Of a stretch of DNA of 64,000 bases, positions 19,629 through 29,326 are shown in pieces (the stretch's first letter is position 1; each line of letters begins with the position of its first letter). Source of the DNA: Candidatus Latescibacterota bacterium (GTDB lineage Bacteria; Latescibacterota; UBA2968); assembly GCA_965208125.1 (NCBI GenBank), contig OZ242320.1:1440001-1504000 (forward strand), written 5' to 3'. The position numbers were made by a program, and so were the translations under genes. Under the pieces are notes generated by a model. The model saw nothing but the letters and a program-made list of their open reading frames with translations. It did not search any database and was not told where the DNA came from.

Positions 19629-21137
19629 CTATTGAATTTTCGCCCAATCGGGCATCACCCCGAGTTCAATACCCAGCACAACGCGACCAACAACAGCAAT
19701 CGCAGCAGTAATCATCACAGCCCCAACCAAATTCAACCCCACGCCCACACGCGCCATATCGCGCATAGAAATTCTATCCGTACCAAATACAATCGCATTG
19801 GGTGGCGTGGCTACCGGCAACATAAACGCACAAGAACACGACAACGTAGCTGGAATCATCAGCAACAATGGATTGAGACCCACAGCCACAGACAACGCCG
19901 CCAAAACCGGAAGAAACATCTCCGCCGTTGCCGTATTGGAAGTCAACTCAGTCAAAAAAGTCATCATCACACACAAACCACCGACCAAAAATAGAGGATG
20001 CAAGCGCCCCATATCCTCCAACTGCTGCGCGCACCAGAGCGACAACCCCGACTCTTTAAAACCACTTGCCAGAGCAAATCCACCGCCAATCAGCAACACA
20101 ATATGCCAGGGTACGTTGCCAGCCGTTTGCCAATCCATCACCCTGGACCTCGCGCCATCTCGCGCGGGCACGACAAACAAAATCAGAGCCATTGCCATAG
20201 CAACCGACCCATCGGTTATCAATCCGCCAGATTCGAAAAACTGAGACCAGCCCGGCAGCGTCCAATCGCCAATTTGAATGGGGCGTCTCGACAACCACAA
20301 CAGCGCCAACAACACAAAATCGGCCAGCACGACCTTCTCGGCAAACGACATCGGCCCCAACTCGGTATATTGCGTTCGCACCACACTCAGATCAATATCA
20401 TCGCCGCGACCGCGAATGCCAAAAACGAGGCAAAGCGCACCCCACGCACAAACGAGCATCACGCATGCCAGAGGCAGAGCAAAAGCAAACCACGTCGCAA
20501 ACGAAATCTCGGGAACCTCTGAAAAATGAATGGATAAAATCCTCACAAAAGACAAATTGGTCGGCGTGCCCACAAGCGTTGCGCTCCCACCAATTGAAGC
20601 CGCATAAGCCACCCCCAGAAACACCGCCGTGCCAAAAGAACTATTGGCCACACCCTGCTCTTCCATTCTAACCACAATTGCAAGTGCAATCGGCACCATC
20701 ATCATCGTTGTCGCCGTATTGGAAATCCACATGGACAAAAACGCCGTCACCAGCATAAATCCCGTCAGAATACACCGGGGACACCCCCCAAAAAGAAGCA
20801 GCAAGCGAAGGGCAATTCGCCGGTGTAAATTCCAGCGCTGCATGCCCAATGCCACCATAAAACCACCGACAAACAAAAAGATAATGTGATTCAAATAAAG
20901 TGGCGCAACCTCTTGCCCGCTCATAATACCCAGCAGGGGAAACAACACCACGGGCAACAGTGCCGTCGCAGCCAAAGGCACGGCCTCTGTCATCCACCAA
21001 ATCGCCATCCAGCAGGCCACACCTGCCGTATGTGTCACCTCGGGATGTCCCGGCTTGAGATCTCCAAAGACTGTGACTCCCACCCCAATCACAGGACCGA
21101 GCCACAGCCCCCAGCGTTCTATTTTTTTATTTAGCAT
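19629..21137 (-). CDS. SLC13/DASS family sodium-coupled di/tricarboxylate or sulfate symporter
   Basis: ATG at 21137 after GGAGA. SMWISNTAT, GTPTN, ELTSNTAT, FMLPVATPPNAIVF. Confidence 0.92.
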   Translation of the reverse strand: MLNKKIERWGLWLGPVIGVGVTVFGDLKPGHPEVTHTAGVACWMAIWWMTEAVPLAATALLPVVLFPLLGIMSGQEVAPLYLNHIIFLFVGGFMVALGMQRWNLHRRIALRLLLLFGGCPRCILTGFMLVTAFLSMWISNTATTMMMVPIALAIVVRMEEQGVANSSFGTAVFLGVAYAASIGGSATLVGTPTNLSFVRILSIHFSEVPEISFATWFAFALPLACVMLVCAWGALCLVFGIRGRGDDIDLSVVRTQYTELGPMSFAEKVVLADFVLLALLWLSRRPIQIGDWTLPGWSQFFESGGLITDGSVAMAMALILFVVPARDGARSRVMDWQTAGNVPWHIVLLIGGGFALASGFKESGLSLWCAQQLEDMGRLHPLFLVGGLCVMMTFLTELTSNTATAEMFLPVLAALSVAVGLNPLLLMIPATLSCSCAFMLPVATPPNAIVFGTDRISMRDMARVGVGLNLVGAVMITAAIAVVGRVVLGIELGVMPDWAKIQ

Positions 21138-21235
21138 ATCTTCTCCATGATTACATCTTTGTAGAGATTCAACAATATACACCATAACACAAAAAGACAA
21201 AACTCGTTTGAGCCAACAAAAAATCACGCCTTTCG

Positions 21236-21263
21236 GGAACCTTTCCAGCCTTTAAAAGTAAAA
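21236..21263 (+). promoter_or_regulatory. Putative ECF (sigmaE-like) promoter for sRNA1
   Basis: GGAACC-16 nt-GTAAAA. Confidence 0.4.
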
Positions 21264-21267
21264 GAAT

Positions 21268-21344
21268 ATGCGACAAAGCGTGTCGCAAAAATATCGGCGT
21301 TGACTCCTATACCCCGGCTGAGTCAACGCCGTTACTTGTTTCTT
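21268..21344 (+). ncRNA. Candidate sRNA1 (two hairpins, loop CUAUACCCCGGCU)
   Basis: TGCGACA/TGTCGCA hairpin, then a perfect 12-bp stem CGGCGTTGACTC/GAGTCAACGCCG and a U-rich tail. Confidence 0.5.
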
Positions 21345-21373
21345 GGAACTCTTTACCGTACAAATGCGTCTAA
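21345..21373 (+). promoter_or_regulatory. Putative ECF (sigmaE-like) promoter for sRNA2
   Basis: GGAACT-17 nt-GTCTAA, close to the RpoE consensus. Confidence 0.55.
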
Positions 21374-21378
21374 TTCGG

Positions 21379-21436
21379 TACCATGCAACATCCCTTGAGG
21401 CGTTGGTTATACCCTCCCAACCAGCGCCTCTTTTTT
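21379..21436 (+). ncRNA. Candidate sRNA2 (terminator hairpin, loop AUACCCUCCC)
   Basis: 12-bp stem GAGGCGTTGGTT/AACCAGCGCCTC with a G-U pair valid only on +, then T6. Confidence 0.55.
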
Positions 21437-21446
21437 ATTTATAAAC

Positions 21447-21503
21447 AAAAAAAGCCTTTGAGGGCTCCCTCCCGACACCCTCAAAGGTTTGTAATTCTGC
21501 TAC
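21447..21503 (-). ncRNA. Candidate sRNA3 (loop UGUCGGGAGGGAG)
   Basis: Minus-strand TTGACA(21538-21533)-17 nt-TATTTT promoter, 10-bp stem CCTTTGAGGG/CCCTCAAAGG, then U7. Confidence 0.55.
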
Positions 21504-21539
21504 CGAAGCAAAATAAATTCCCAAAATAACCCTGTCAAC

Positions 21540-21616
21540 AAAAAAAGCGGGCTGCCAACAGCGCTCTATTTATCGGGAGGGAGGAAATAAACAGAATTGC
21601 TGGGGCAACCCGCTGT
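21540..21616 (-). ncRNA. Candidate sRNA4 (long hairpin, loop UUCCUCCCUCCCG)
   Basis: Minus-strand TTGACG(21651-21646)-17 nt-TATGTT promoter. Stem GCGGGTTGCC/GGCAGCCCGC with a G-U pair valid on minus, then U7. Confidence 0.6.
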
Positions 21617-21816
21617 GCATAAAACATACCCAACTTCAAAAACAACGTCAAGAGTATAGACGAAAATTATTACTTAAGCAGCGTTTGAATATCAAAAACC
21701 GTTGTCCGCTGCTAAAAAAGGTACGCGCCGATCTGCCCCGTCTTTTCCGTTGCTTTTCTCGCGTAAACGAATAATTTATCACATCGTCCCTGAAACCTAT
21801 TGCGAAAGGTCCTCTT

Positions 21817-22044
21817 ATGTTTTTCCTGGCAAACCTCCTCACAATTTACGGCTACATCATCATTGCGCGAGCACTCATCTCATGGATAAATCCCAATCCA
21901 TACAATCCACTCATCAGAATAATATGCGCCATCACAGACCCGGTACTCGTACCCCTTCGCCGTCTGTTGCCCGACCTGGGTGGGCTGGACATCTCGCCCT
22001 TTGTCGCCCTCGTCATTATCTGGTTTATCATATCCCTGATTTAG
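21817..22044 (+). CDS. yggT: YggT family membrane protein
   Basis: ARALISWINPNPYNPL...TDPVLVPLRRLLP..GGLDISP. Confidence 0.9.
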   Translation: MFFLANLLTIYGYIIIARALISWINPNPYNPLIRIICAITDPVLVPLRRLLPDLGGLDISPFVALVIIWFIISLI

Positions 22045-22072
22045 TCTCTCTCTCACAGAAATCGAGGCAGGG

Positions 22073-23308
22073 ATGCCTCTCCTACCTACAAAAGGGCATA
22101 ATTTGAGCGCAGAACCACATCCACCCACCTCTCGCATCCTCATTCCCATCTTGCTAACCGGCCTGTCTGGCTTGCCCCCCTTATCCATTGACATGTTTTT
22201 GCCCTCAATGCCGGCAATGGTTGAGGAGTTCCAAACCCATCCCACCCACATACAGCCCGCCGTCACCTTCTTCTTAATAGCACTGGGCGCAGCACAACTC
22301 GTCTTTGGTCCCCTCTCTGACCGATTTGGTCGCCGCCCCATCTTGCTCATCGGCCTGGCCTGTTACGCCCTCGCGGGTCTGGGCTGCCTGTTTGCACCCA
22401 CAGTGGGCGCACTCATTTTGGCTCGTGTATTGCAGGGATTTGCCGGAGGCAGCGGCCCTTCTGTAAGCCGCGCTGTAGTACGCGACATATACGGCGAAAT
22501 CCACGCCGCCAGAATAATGTCCTACATGGCCACAGCCATTGCCCTCGCCCCCATACTCGCCCCCATAATAGGTGGATTCTTACAAACCTATTTTGGATGG
22601 CAAGCCGTCTTTGTCGTACTCAGTGCGCTGGGCACCATGTTCTTCTTCGGCTACCTCTGGGCAGTGTCTGAAACCAATAACATGATGGACCCCACAGCCC
22701 TGAATCCAACGCGCATGATAGCCAATTACCGCGATCTCCTGAGCAGCCGTCAGTACCTCGGATATACCTTTATGGTCGCCATCTTATTCTGGGGCATGTT
22801 TGCCTTTATCACAAACTCATCTTTTGTACTCATCACAGAACTGAGTGTCTCTCCCCAACTCTACGGCTTCTGTTTTGGATCGGTCGCCGTGGGACTCATG
22901 ATTGGCGCATTTTTATCTGGCCGTCTCAACAATCGCCTCGGCAGCGCACGCATCATTCAAATCGGTAGCCTGATCGCAGCGGGCGCGGGCCTGCTCTTGC
23001 TGGGACTCAAACTCGCGGGCGTATTTTCGGTCATCAGCATCATCGCCCCAATGTGTTTATTCACAATAGGCGGCGGTATGGTGCGCCCCCAGGCAATGGC
23101 TGGCGCAATCGTGCCCTATCCGGAAAAAGCCGGACTTGCCTCCGCCCTCATGGGATTTATACAAATGAGCACAGCGGGATTATTTGTCACCCTCTTCAGT
23201 CAGTTCTACAGCGCCTCATCCATCTCCATGGTCACAGCCATTGCCATCTCAGGCGTCATTGCCCTGCTCGTGCGCCGCACGCTATTGCCTTATGGAGCCA
23301 CACCATGA
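22073..23308 (+). CDS. Bcr/CflA family multidrug MFS efflux transporter
   Basis: SIDMFLPSMP, GPLSDRFGRRP, RAVVRD, APIIGG. Start may be the TTG near 22103. Confidence 0.9.
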   Translation: MPLLPTKGHNLSAEPHPPTSRILIPILLTGLSGLPPLSIDMFLPSMPAMVEEFQTHPTHIQPAVTFFLIALGAAQLVFGPLSDRFGRRPILLIGLACYALAGLGCLFAPTVGALILARVLQGFAGGSGPSVSRAVVRDIYGEIHAARIMSYMATAIALAPILAPIIGGFLQTYFGWQAVFVVLSALGTMFFFGYLWAVSETNNMMDPTALNPTRMIANYRDLLSSRQYLGYTFMVAILFWGMFAFITNSSFVLITELSVSPQLYGFCFGSVAVGLMIGAFLSGRLNNRLGSARIIQIGSLIAAGAGLLLLGLKLAGVFSVISIIAPMCLFTIGGGMVRPQAMAGAIVPYPEKAGLASALMGFIQMSTAGLFVTLFSQFYSASSISMVTAIAISGVIALLVRRTLLPYGATP

Positions 23309-24243
23309 TCCTCGCCATTGACATCGGCGGTTCCCAATTTGGTCTTGCCCTTGCCACGCCCGACGGCCGCGTCATCAAACACATCCAGCACCAAACAGAT
23401 CGCGCAGACCACGCAGACAAAAGAATTGACCGCATACTCGCCGCAAGCAAAACACTGATCTCACAATCATCCGTATTGGCCTGTGGCATAGGATTTGGTG
23501 GTCCCGTCAACTTCGACACACAGCGCATCGTCAACTCCACCCACGTCTCAGGATGGGACGATTGCCCACTGCCAGAAATTGTCGAACAACACCTCGGCGT
23601 ACCCGCAATAATCGACAACGATGCCAACGTGGGCGCACTGGGAGAATTTACTTTTGGTGCGGGCAAAAACAGTCGCCACATCATCTACTACACCGTCAGC
23701 ACCGGCATTGGCGCGGGCATCATCATCAACGGCGAAATCTACCGCGGTGGCAACGGATATGCCGGCGAACTCGGACATGTGCCCATCTTGCGCGACGGAC
23801 CCCAATGCGATTGCGGCAATCGCGGCTGCCTCGAAGCCCTCTGCTCGGGCACTGCCATTGGCAAGCGCGCAACAGCAGCAGTGCAAAAACACCCGCGCAA
23901 AGGCATCGCAATCACACGAGTCGCAAACAACAACCCCATCACAGCCAAAATCCTATTCGACACCGCGCGTTCTGGAGACCCTTATGCCAGAGCGCTCGTC
24001 GATGAAATCTGCACCGACCTCGGGCAGGGTCTGGCAATAGCCGTAAACGCATTTGCCCCCGATATTATCGTCATCGGAGGCGGCGTCTCAAACGCAGGGC
24101 GCATCCTATTTGAACCGCTGCGAAGAGAAACCCGTCAATTCCTCATGCCGGTTCACCGTCCACACCTCAAAATCGCCCCAGCCAAACTCAAAAACCGCTC
24201 CGTACTTCTCGGCGCAGTCGCGCTGGCGAAACAACTGAGTTGA
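23305..24243 (+). CDS. ROK family sugar kinase
   Basis: ILAIDIGGS, DNDANVGALGE, STGIGAG, GELGH, CDCGNRGCLE. Confidence 0.92.
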   Translation: MILAIDIGGSQFGLALATPDGRVIKHIQHQTDRADHADKRIDRILAASKTLISQSSVLACGIGFGGPVNFDTQRIVNSTHVSGWDDCPLPEIVEQHLGVPAIIDNDANVGALGEFTFGAGKNSRHIIYYTVSTGIGAGIIINGEIYRGGNGYAGELGHVPILRDGPQCDCGNRGCLEALCSGTAIGKRATAAVQKHPRKGIAITRVANNNPITAKILFDTARSGDPYARALVDEICTDLGQGLAIAVNAFAPDIIVIGGGVSNAGRILFEPLRRETRQFLMPVHRPHLKIAPAKLKNRSVLLGAVALAKQLS

Positions 24244-24271
24244 AATCAGGACAAAATGACCATAAGTGGTC

Positions 24272-24375
24272 GTCACGCCTGCATGCCTTAAGCAGGCGTC
24301 CAGTCGATTACTGGCGTTTGCTACGCGTGACGGATAAAACCTTCTGGATTGCGGCTAAAACCATGCCGCAATGAC
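24272..24375. repeat. Palindromic MITE-like element (RPE/dRS3-type architecture)
   Basis: GTCACGCCTGC..GCAGGCGTCCAG ... CTGGATTGCGGC..GCCGCAATGAC: two hairpins with GTCA/TGAC ends and inner TCCAG/CTGGA. Confidence 0.6.
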
Positions 24376-24517
24376 AAGCGCAAGATCAATATACATAGCC
24401 TTTTTTTACGATACAACACTGACTACTTTTTTATCTTGAATTTTGGATATTTTTGAAGTTCATTACGGACGATAACCTGCTGCCCCAGTGATACAACACA
24501 CCCAAAGGAGACTTCCA

Positions 24518-25213
24518 ATGCCAACCTTCACCGAAACCATCCCCGTTAACGGCCAAAACATGGGCCTTTATCTCTCCCTTCCCGATGGCGACGGTCCCTT
24601 TCCCGGTGTCGTCGTCGGCATGCATGCCGGTGGCACCGATGCCTTCATTCACGCCATGTGCGACCGTCTCTCAGAAGCTGGCTATGTCGCCGCAGCACCC
24701 GACCTCTACCACCGTCTGGGCATCAATGACACGCGAAGTCCAGGCATCCTCAAAGACCTGGAAATGATCGCCGACGTCGAAGCCACCGTGGCCTTCCTGA
24801 ACGATCACCCCAGGGTCGATAACAACGCCCTCGGCATCACTGGCTTTTGCATGGGTGGCCGCGTAGCCTATCTTATGGCCGCCGCCGTCCCCGGCTTCAA
24901 AGCCGCTGTTGCCTATTACGGTGGCAACACAATGACCGCTCTGGGTGAAAACATCCCATCTCCTTTCGAGCGAACCGCCGACATTGCCTGTCCGCTCCTG
25001 TTCCATTTTGGCGAAGCAGACCAGAACCCATCCCCCGAAGACATGAAAACCCTCGACGCCGAACTCACCCGCCACAACAAAGAACACGAATTCTTCGCTT
25101 ACCCCAACGCTGGTCACGCCTTCATGGACGCCACCGGCTCTCGTTACAACGAAGCAGGCGACCGCACATCCTGGCCCAGAACCATTGAATTTTTCGACCG
25201 GCACTTGAAGTAA
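24518..25213 (+). CDS. Dienelactone hydrolase family protein
   Basis: AAGGAG RBS, APDLYHR, GFCMGG, FGEAD, AGHAF. Confidence 0.92.
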   Translation: MPTFTETIPVNGQNMGLYLSLPDGDGPFPGVVVGMHAGGTDAFIHAMCDRLSEAGYVAAAPDLYHRLGINDTRSPGILKDLEMIADVEATVAFLNDHPRVDNNALGITGFCMGGRVAYLMAAAVPGFKAAVAYYGGNTMTALGENIPSPFERTADIACPLLFHFGEADQNPSPEDMKTLDAELTRHNKEHEFFAYPNAGHAFMDATGSRYNEAGDRTSWPRTIEFFDRHLK

Positions 25214-25226
25214 GAGGAAAACCCTC

Positions 25227-26468
25227 ATGCCCTACGACCTCCTCTTAAAAAACGCCACCGTCATTGATCCTTCCCAAAACCTCAATGCCATCCGCGATGT
25301 CGCCATCCAAAACGCCGCGATTGCCGCCCTCTCTGAATCCATCACCGATTCCGCCAGAGAAACCCTGGACCTTACTGGCAAAATTCTCACCCCTGGCTGG
25401 ATCGATATCCATGCCCATGTCTTTGCCGGCGCGACCACATGGGGCATTCAAGCCGATGCCCTTTGTCTCGCCACCGGCGTCACCACCATCGTTGACGCCG
25501 GCAGCCCCGGCTGGGCCAATTTCCTCGCCTTCCGCGACTTCATCGCCACCCCTGCCCGCACCCAGATTCTCACCTTTGTCCACATCAGCGGCATCGGTCT
25601 TACCTACGGCCCCATCGGGGAAATGACCGACATCAAATATGCCGATCCCGAACGCACCGCCTACGTCGTCCACACCTGGCCTGAAACCTGCGTAGGCGTC
25701 AAAGTACGCATCAGCAAAACCATCACCGGAGAAAACGGTGTCGTCCCCTTACAATTGGCCGTTCAAGCCGCTGACATGTCCCACACACCCGTCATGGTCC
25801 ACATGGGTGCTGGCGTCGCCCTCTCCGACATCCTGGCCGAACTGCGCCCGGGCGACATCGTCACCCACTGCTATCGCGGAGACGGAGACGCCACCATTGG
25901 CGACACCATTTTAAACCGCCAGCACAACATCCGTCCCGAAGTCCACCATGCCCGCCAGCAGGGAATTCTCTTCGACGTCGGCCATGGCGGCGGCAGTTTC
26001 CTTTTTGAAACCGCCAAAAAAGCCCTCGCCCAGGACTTTCTCCCCGACGTCATCAGCACCGACATCCACTCCGGTTCAATCAACGATCCCGTTTACAGCC
26101 TCCCAGAAACTGCCTCCAAACTGCTCAATCTGGGTATCGAACTCCCCGACATCGTCCGCCAAACCACCACCGCAGCGGCAGCCGCCATTGGCAGAAGCGA
26201 CCATTTGGGCACCCTCAAAATCGGCACCGTCGCAGACCTATCGGCCTTTGAAATCCGCGAAGGCGAATTCCAATTCCACGACGTCAGAGACAATTTGGAA
26301 ATCGGCCGCAAAAACATCCATCCCGTACTCACCATCCGGGCTGGCAAAGTCTATCGTCCCGAAACCCTTCGGGAAGAACGCGACGAAACCCTCGCCCGCG
26401 CCCGTGAAATTCGCGCTCTGACCTCCCGGCGGTTCGGCGATCTGGGATGGACACCACCCGGCGCATAA
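25227..26468 (+). CDS. Amidohydrolase/deacetylase metallohydrolase (EF_0837-like)
   Basis: PGWIDIHAH, VDAGS, GVKVR, MVH, VTHC, DVGHGGGSF, ISTDIH. Confidence 0.88.
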   Translation: MPYDLLLKNATVIDPSQNLNAIRDVAIQNAAIAALSESITDSARETLDLTGKILTPGWIDIHAHVFAGATTWGIQADALCLATGVTTIVDAGSPGWANFLAFRDFIATPARTQILTFVHISGIGLTYGPIGEMTDIKYADPERTAYVVHTWPETCVGVKVRISKTITGENGVVPLQLAVQAADMSHTPVMVHMGAGVALSDILAELRPGDIVTHCYRGDGDATIGDTILNRQHNIRPEVHHARQQGILFDVGHGGGSFLFETAKKALAQDFLPDVISTDIHSGSINDPVYSLPETASKLLNLGIELPDIVRQTTTAAAAAIGRSDHLGTLKIGTVADLSAFEIREGEFQFHDVRDNLEIGRKNIHPVLTIRAGKVYRPETLREERDETLARAREIRALTSRRFGDLGWTPPGA

Positions 26469-26524
26469 AAAAAGGCGATCACAGTACGTGACCGCCTCTC
26501 GATTTTCTCTTAAAAACTCACCAC

Positions 26525-28882
26525 TCAACGCCGTCGTTCACCACCCCGCCTCTCGCGCCTATTCTGTCGCGCATCATCGCCCTGATTTTGCCGTTGTCTC
26601 TCGGCCATCTGCGGCGACGGTTCCAACCTGAAAATAGCCTCGCGCTTCACGGATTGACCACTCAACAAATCCGTCACTTCAACCTCAACCTGATTGAGAC
26701 CCAGGATCATCTTTTTTGAATCCAACTCCAGATGAATCGGCTCCCAAACATCTCGCCCCACATGCTCATAACTCACCGCCACCTGTGGTTTTTTACCCCT
26801 GGCCATCAATCTTTTGAACCCCCCACTCAACAGTCCAAAAATCGAAGACCCCGACCGCACATCCTGCTGAATCGTATAGGACACTTTGTATCGCGTCTGC
26901 CCAAATTCATCGCGTTTTAAATTATAGACCTCATAATAAACGAACACACTGCGATCATTCACAAAACTGCGCGACGGCATGGGCATCACCCACACATCGG
27001 CCTTGCGGTATTTGTCGTGAAACCCCTCTTCCTCACTAATGGACCACGCCAATTCCAGATCGCTCATCGCCAGTGAATCGGAAAAAGTCGGGGCTTCCAA
27101 ATCCTGCACATAAACCCCCCACTTGCCCGAATTTACATCGGCCAGATGCACCGCCATGCGATAGGTGCCAGGAGGCACTTCCAGATAAGCCAGATCGGGC
27201 ACAAATGTTCCCTTCTTCAACAGCGTGGAATCAATACCCCCAAAATGCAAATCATCCCGAGTCCGAAACACCTCCTCGCCCTCATCGTCCGAAATTACCA
27301 CCGAACGGCGCACATGCCCATTCTCATTTTCAATATCCACCTCCAGTGTCGGCACCCCGTAATACACCTCGACTCCGGTCTTGCCCTCTTCTCTTCTAAA
27401 ACGCGCCACATCGTAATAAAACTCCAGAGGTTCAATCCCCGGCGGCAAATCAAAATACTCCGGTGTCGAAGCCACCACATCGTTCAACACTGCGCCCGGA
27501 TGGGTTCGCAAAAGCGCGGACAGCCGCGCGCCCGACATCCGCGAACCATCTGGCAGCGGGGGAAACTGCCACTTGCCATTGAGCAACTCATCCACAAACA
27601 CAAACTCCACACCACCGCCGACCTGTGTGTAAATCCACGACTCCCACGGCACCGACCGCTCGTTAAACGCGACGGGATAAGCCGGTTCAATCAAATCAAC
27701 GTCTAACGCCTGTTTGTAATCTTCAAGCTCCTGTTCCTCATCCACACCACCAAAAAACGACTCCTCAGTCATGTCACCCGACTCTACAAAACCACCCGCA
27801 ATATCCAGAGCCAATCGCTCCTTCACCGCCTCAGCCTCGGCACTCGGCACTGCATTGGGCGCGTGTGAACGCGATCGATAATCCGGCTCCCCATACCGAA
27901 TATATACCTCGCCGCGCCGGTCCCACGGCTGTACCCCTTTCGCAAAATGCGTCCGCGCGAACCACACCCGGCGATAGTGTTCTGCCTCTCGCGCAAGACC
28001 ACCCGATATCAGCGTCAAATCGCGTTTGCGCCAAAACGTCGTCAAAAACGCTACGCGTTCTTCTTCGGGCAGCGATTCATACACCTTCAACTCCTCCGGC
28101 CTTGCCACCAGTTGCAAATCTTTATAGAGCGCCCGTTCTTCTGCTGGAATCGCATCGAAATACTGCGCGAACAACGCCAATGCCCGATCCGGATCGCCCA
28201 TACCCGCGTGAGCTTGTGCAAGCAGCGCCAACAGTCGCGCTTCGCCCGGATTCTTCATCAACGCCATCTCACCAATCCCAACGACAGACCGGTAATTCTG
28301 CTCCTCGGTATAAGAAACCGCCAATCCGTAAAGCGCATCGACATCACCCGGCCTCAGCCTCAGATACTTTTCGTACAACAGACGAATCTCGCCGTAATAC
28401 ATCTCGAAATTGTTATTGACATACCAATCCGCCAATTCCAGATACACCGGCGCGTAATCTGGCGCCAGTGCAATCACGCGGCGAAACGCATCCTCAGCAT
28501 CCAGATCGCGCAGCATTACCTTTGCCCGAGCCAGATACAACTCGGCATCTATCGACTTCGGATCCTTTGCGCGCGCCATCCGAAAATACGGCAATCCCTG
28601 TCGCGCCCGCGTTGGTCCCCTCGCCATATACACCCGTCCCAACCCCACATAAGCCTCTGCCGATCCGGCATACCGAATCCCCTTGCGAAACGCACTATCG
28701 GCCTTCTCGATCTCCCCCGCATTGAGATACAAATTACCCAGCACAACCCATGCAGCGCCATCTTTGGGCGCAGCTTTCACGGCTTCTTCCAAAACAGACA
28801 GCGAATCCACAACCTCTGAAGTTGTCTGCCCAGCGAATAATAGAAACAAAATAACCCACAAATTCAGTATCAAATATTTCAT
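26525..28882 (-). CDS. TPR-repeat, GWxTD-like domain exported protein (paralog of 2982-5462)
   Basis: Signal peptide, TPRs, FWRKRD, EHYRRVW, PWDRRGEVYIRYGEPDYRSRS, YYEVYNLKRDEFGQTRY. Confidence 0.8.
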   Translation of the reverse strand: MKYLILNLWVILFLLFAGQTTSEVVDSLSVLEEAVKAAPKDGAAWVVLGNLYLNAGEIEKADSAFRKGIRYAGSAEAYVGLGRVYMARGPTRARQGLPYFRMARAKDPKSIDAELYLARAKVMLRDLDAEDAFRRVIALAPDYAPVYLELADWYVNNNFEMYYGEIRLLYEKYLRLRPGDVDALYGLAVSYTEEQNYRSVVGIGEMALMKNPGEARLLALLAQAHAGMGDPDRALALFAQYFDAIPAEERALYKDLQLVARPEELKVYESLPEEERVAFLTTFWRKRDLTLISGGLAREAEHYRRVWFARTHFAKGVQPWDRRGEVYIRYGEPDYRSRSHAPNAVPSAEAEAVKERLALDIAGGFVESGDMTEESFFGGVDEEQELEDYKQALDVDLIEPAYPVAFNERSVPWESWIYTQVGGGVEFVFVDELLNGKWQFPPLPDGSRMSGARLSALLRTHPGAVLNDVVASTPEYFDLPPGIEPLEFYYDVARFRREEGKTGVEVYYGVPTLEVDIENENGHVRRSVVISDDEGEEVFRTRDDLHFGGIDSTLLKKGTFVPDLAYLEVPPGTYRMAVHLADVNSGKWGVYVQDLEAPTFSDSLAMSDLELAWSISEEEGFHDKYRKADVWVMPMPSRSFVNDRSVFVYYEVYNLKRDEFGQTRYKVSYTIQQDVRSGSSIFGLLSGGFKRLMARGKKPQVAVSYEHVGRDVWEPIHLELDSKKMILGLNQVEVEVTDLLSGQSVKREAIFRLEPSPQMAERQRQNQGDDARQNRRERRGGERRR

Positions 28883-29118
28883 GTCAAATCCGTTCCTTTT
28901 TTGAGTTTTCGAGAAATCGACCTTTCATCGTTAGCCAGGACCGACCTCTCCGAGTTATGGATTTCGATAGCATTGGTTCATACATACCCTATTTGGCCCA
29001 TTTGCACAAGTGCAAATCTTCTATTGAACTTTATAACGGATTGGGGAACATACGGGTTCCCTTCCTGTACCATGAAAATCCTCACACAATTTATTTTTCT
29101 TGACACAACGCCTTTTGC

Positions 29119-29147
29119 TTGACAATTAAAAACGCTTATAATAAATT
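29119..29147 (+). promoter_or_regulatory. sigma70-type promoter upstream of nqr
   Basis: TTGACA-17 nt-TAAATT. Confidence 0.5.
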
Positions 29148-29258
29148 TATTTGCAAACAAGAAAACTATTGCATTCTTGAACAACACATCTGTTCTTTTT
29201 TTGGATTACGATGGATTTGTTTCCAATGCCTGCAGATGCTCATAAGCACCTGCAAAAC

Positions 29259-29326
29259 AGCAACTGCACTGTCTGTCCTCCCCCTTAGTTTATTAAGGCT
29301 ATTTGACAGTTGTGGTTGCTTTTTTT
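29259..29326 (+). terminator. Terminator-like hairpin in the nqr leader with internal UCCUCCCCC
   Basis: AGCAACTGCA/TGTGGTTGCT plus CTGTC/GACAG, G-U pairs on +, followed by a T-run. Confidence 0.55.

Noticed and set aside
21648-22106. ORFs 21648-21842 and 21702-22106
   Set aside because: No recognisable motifs, and they overlap yggT.
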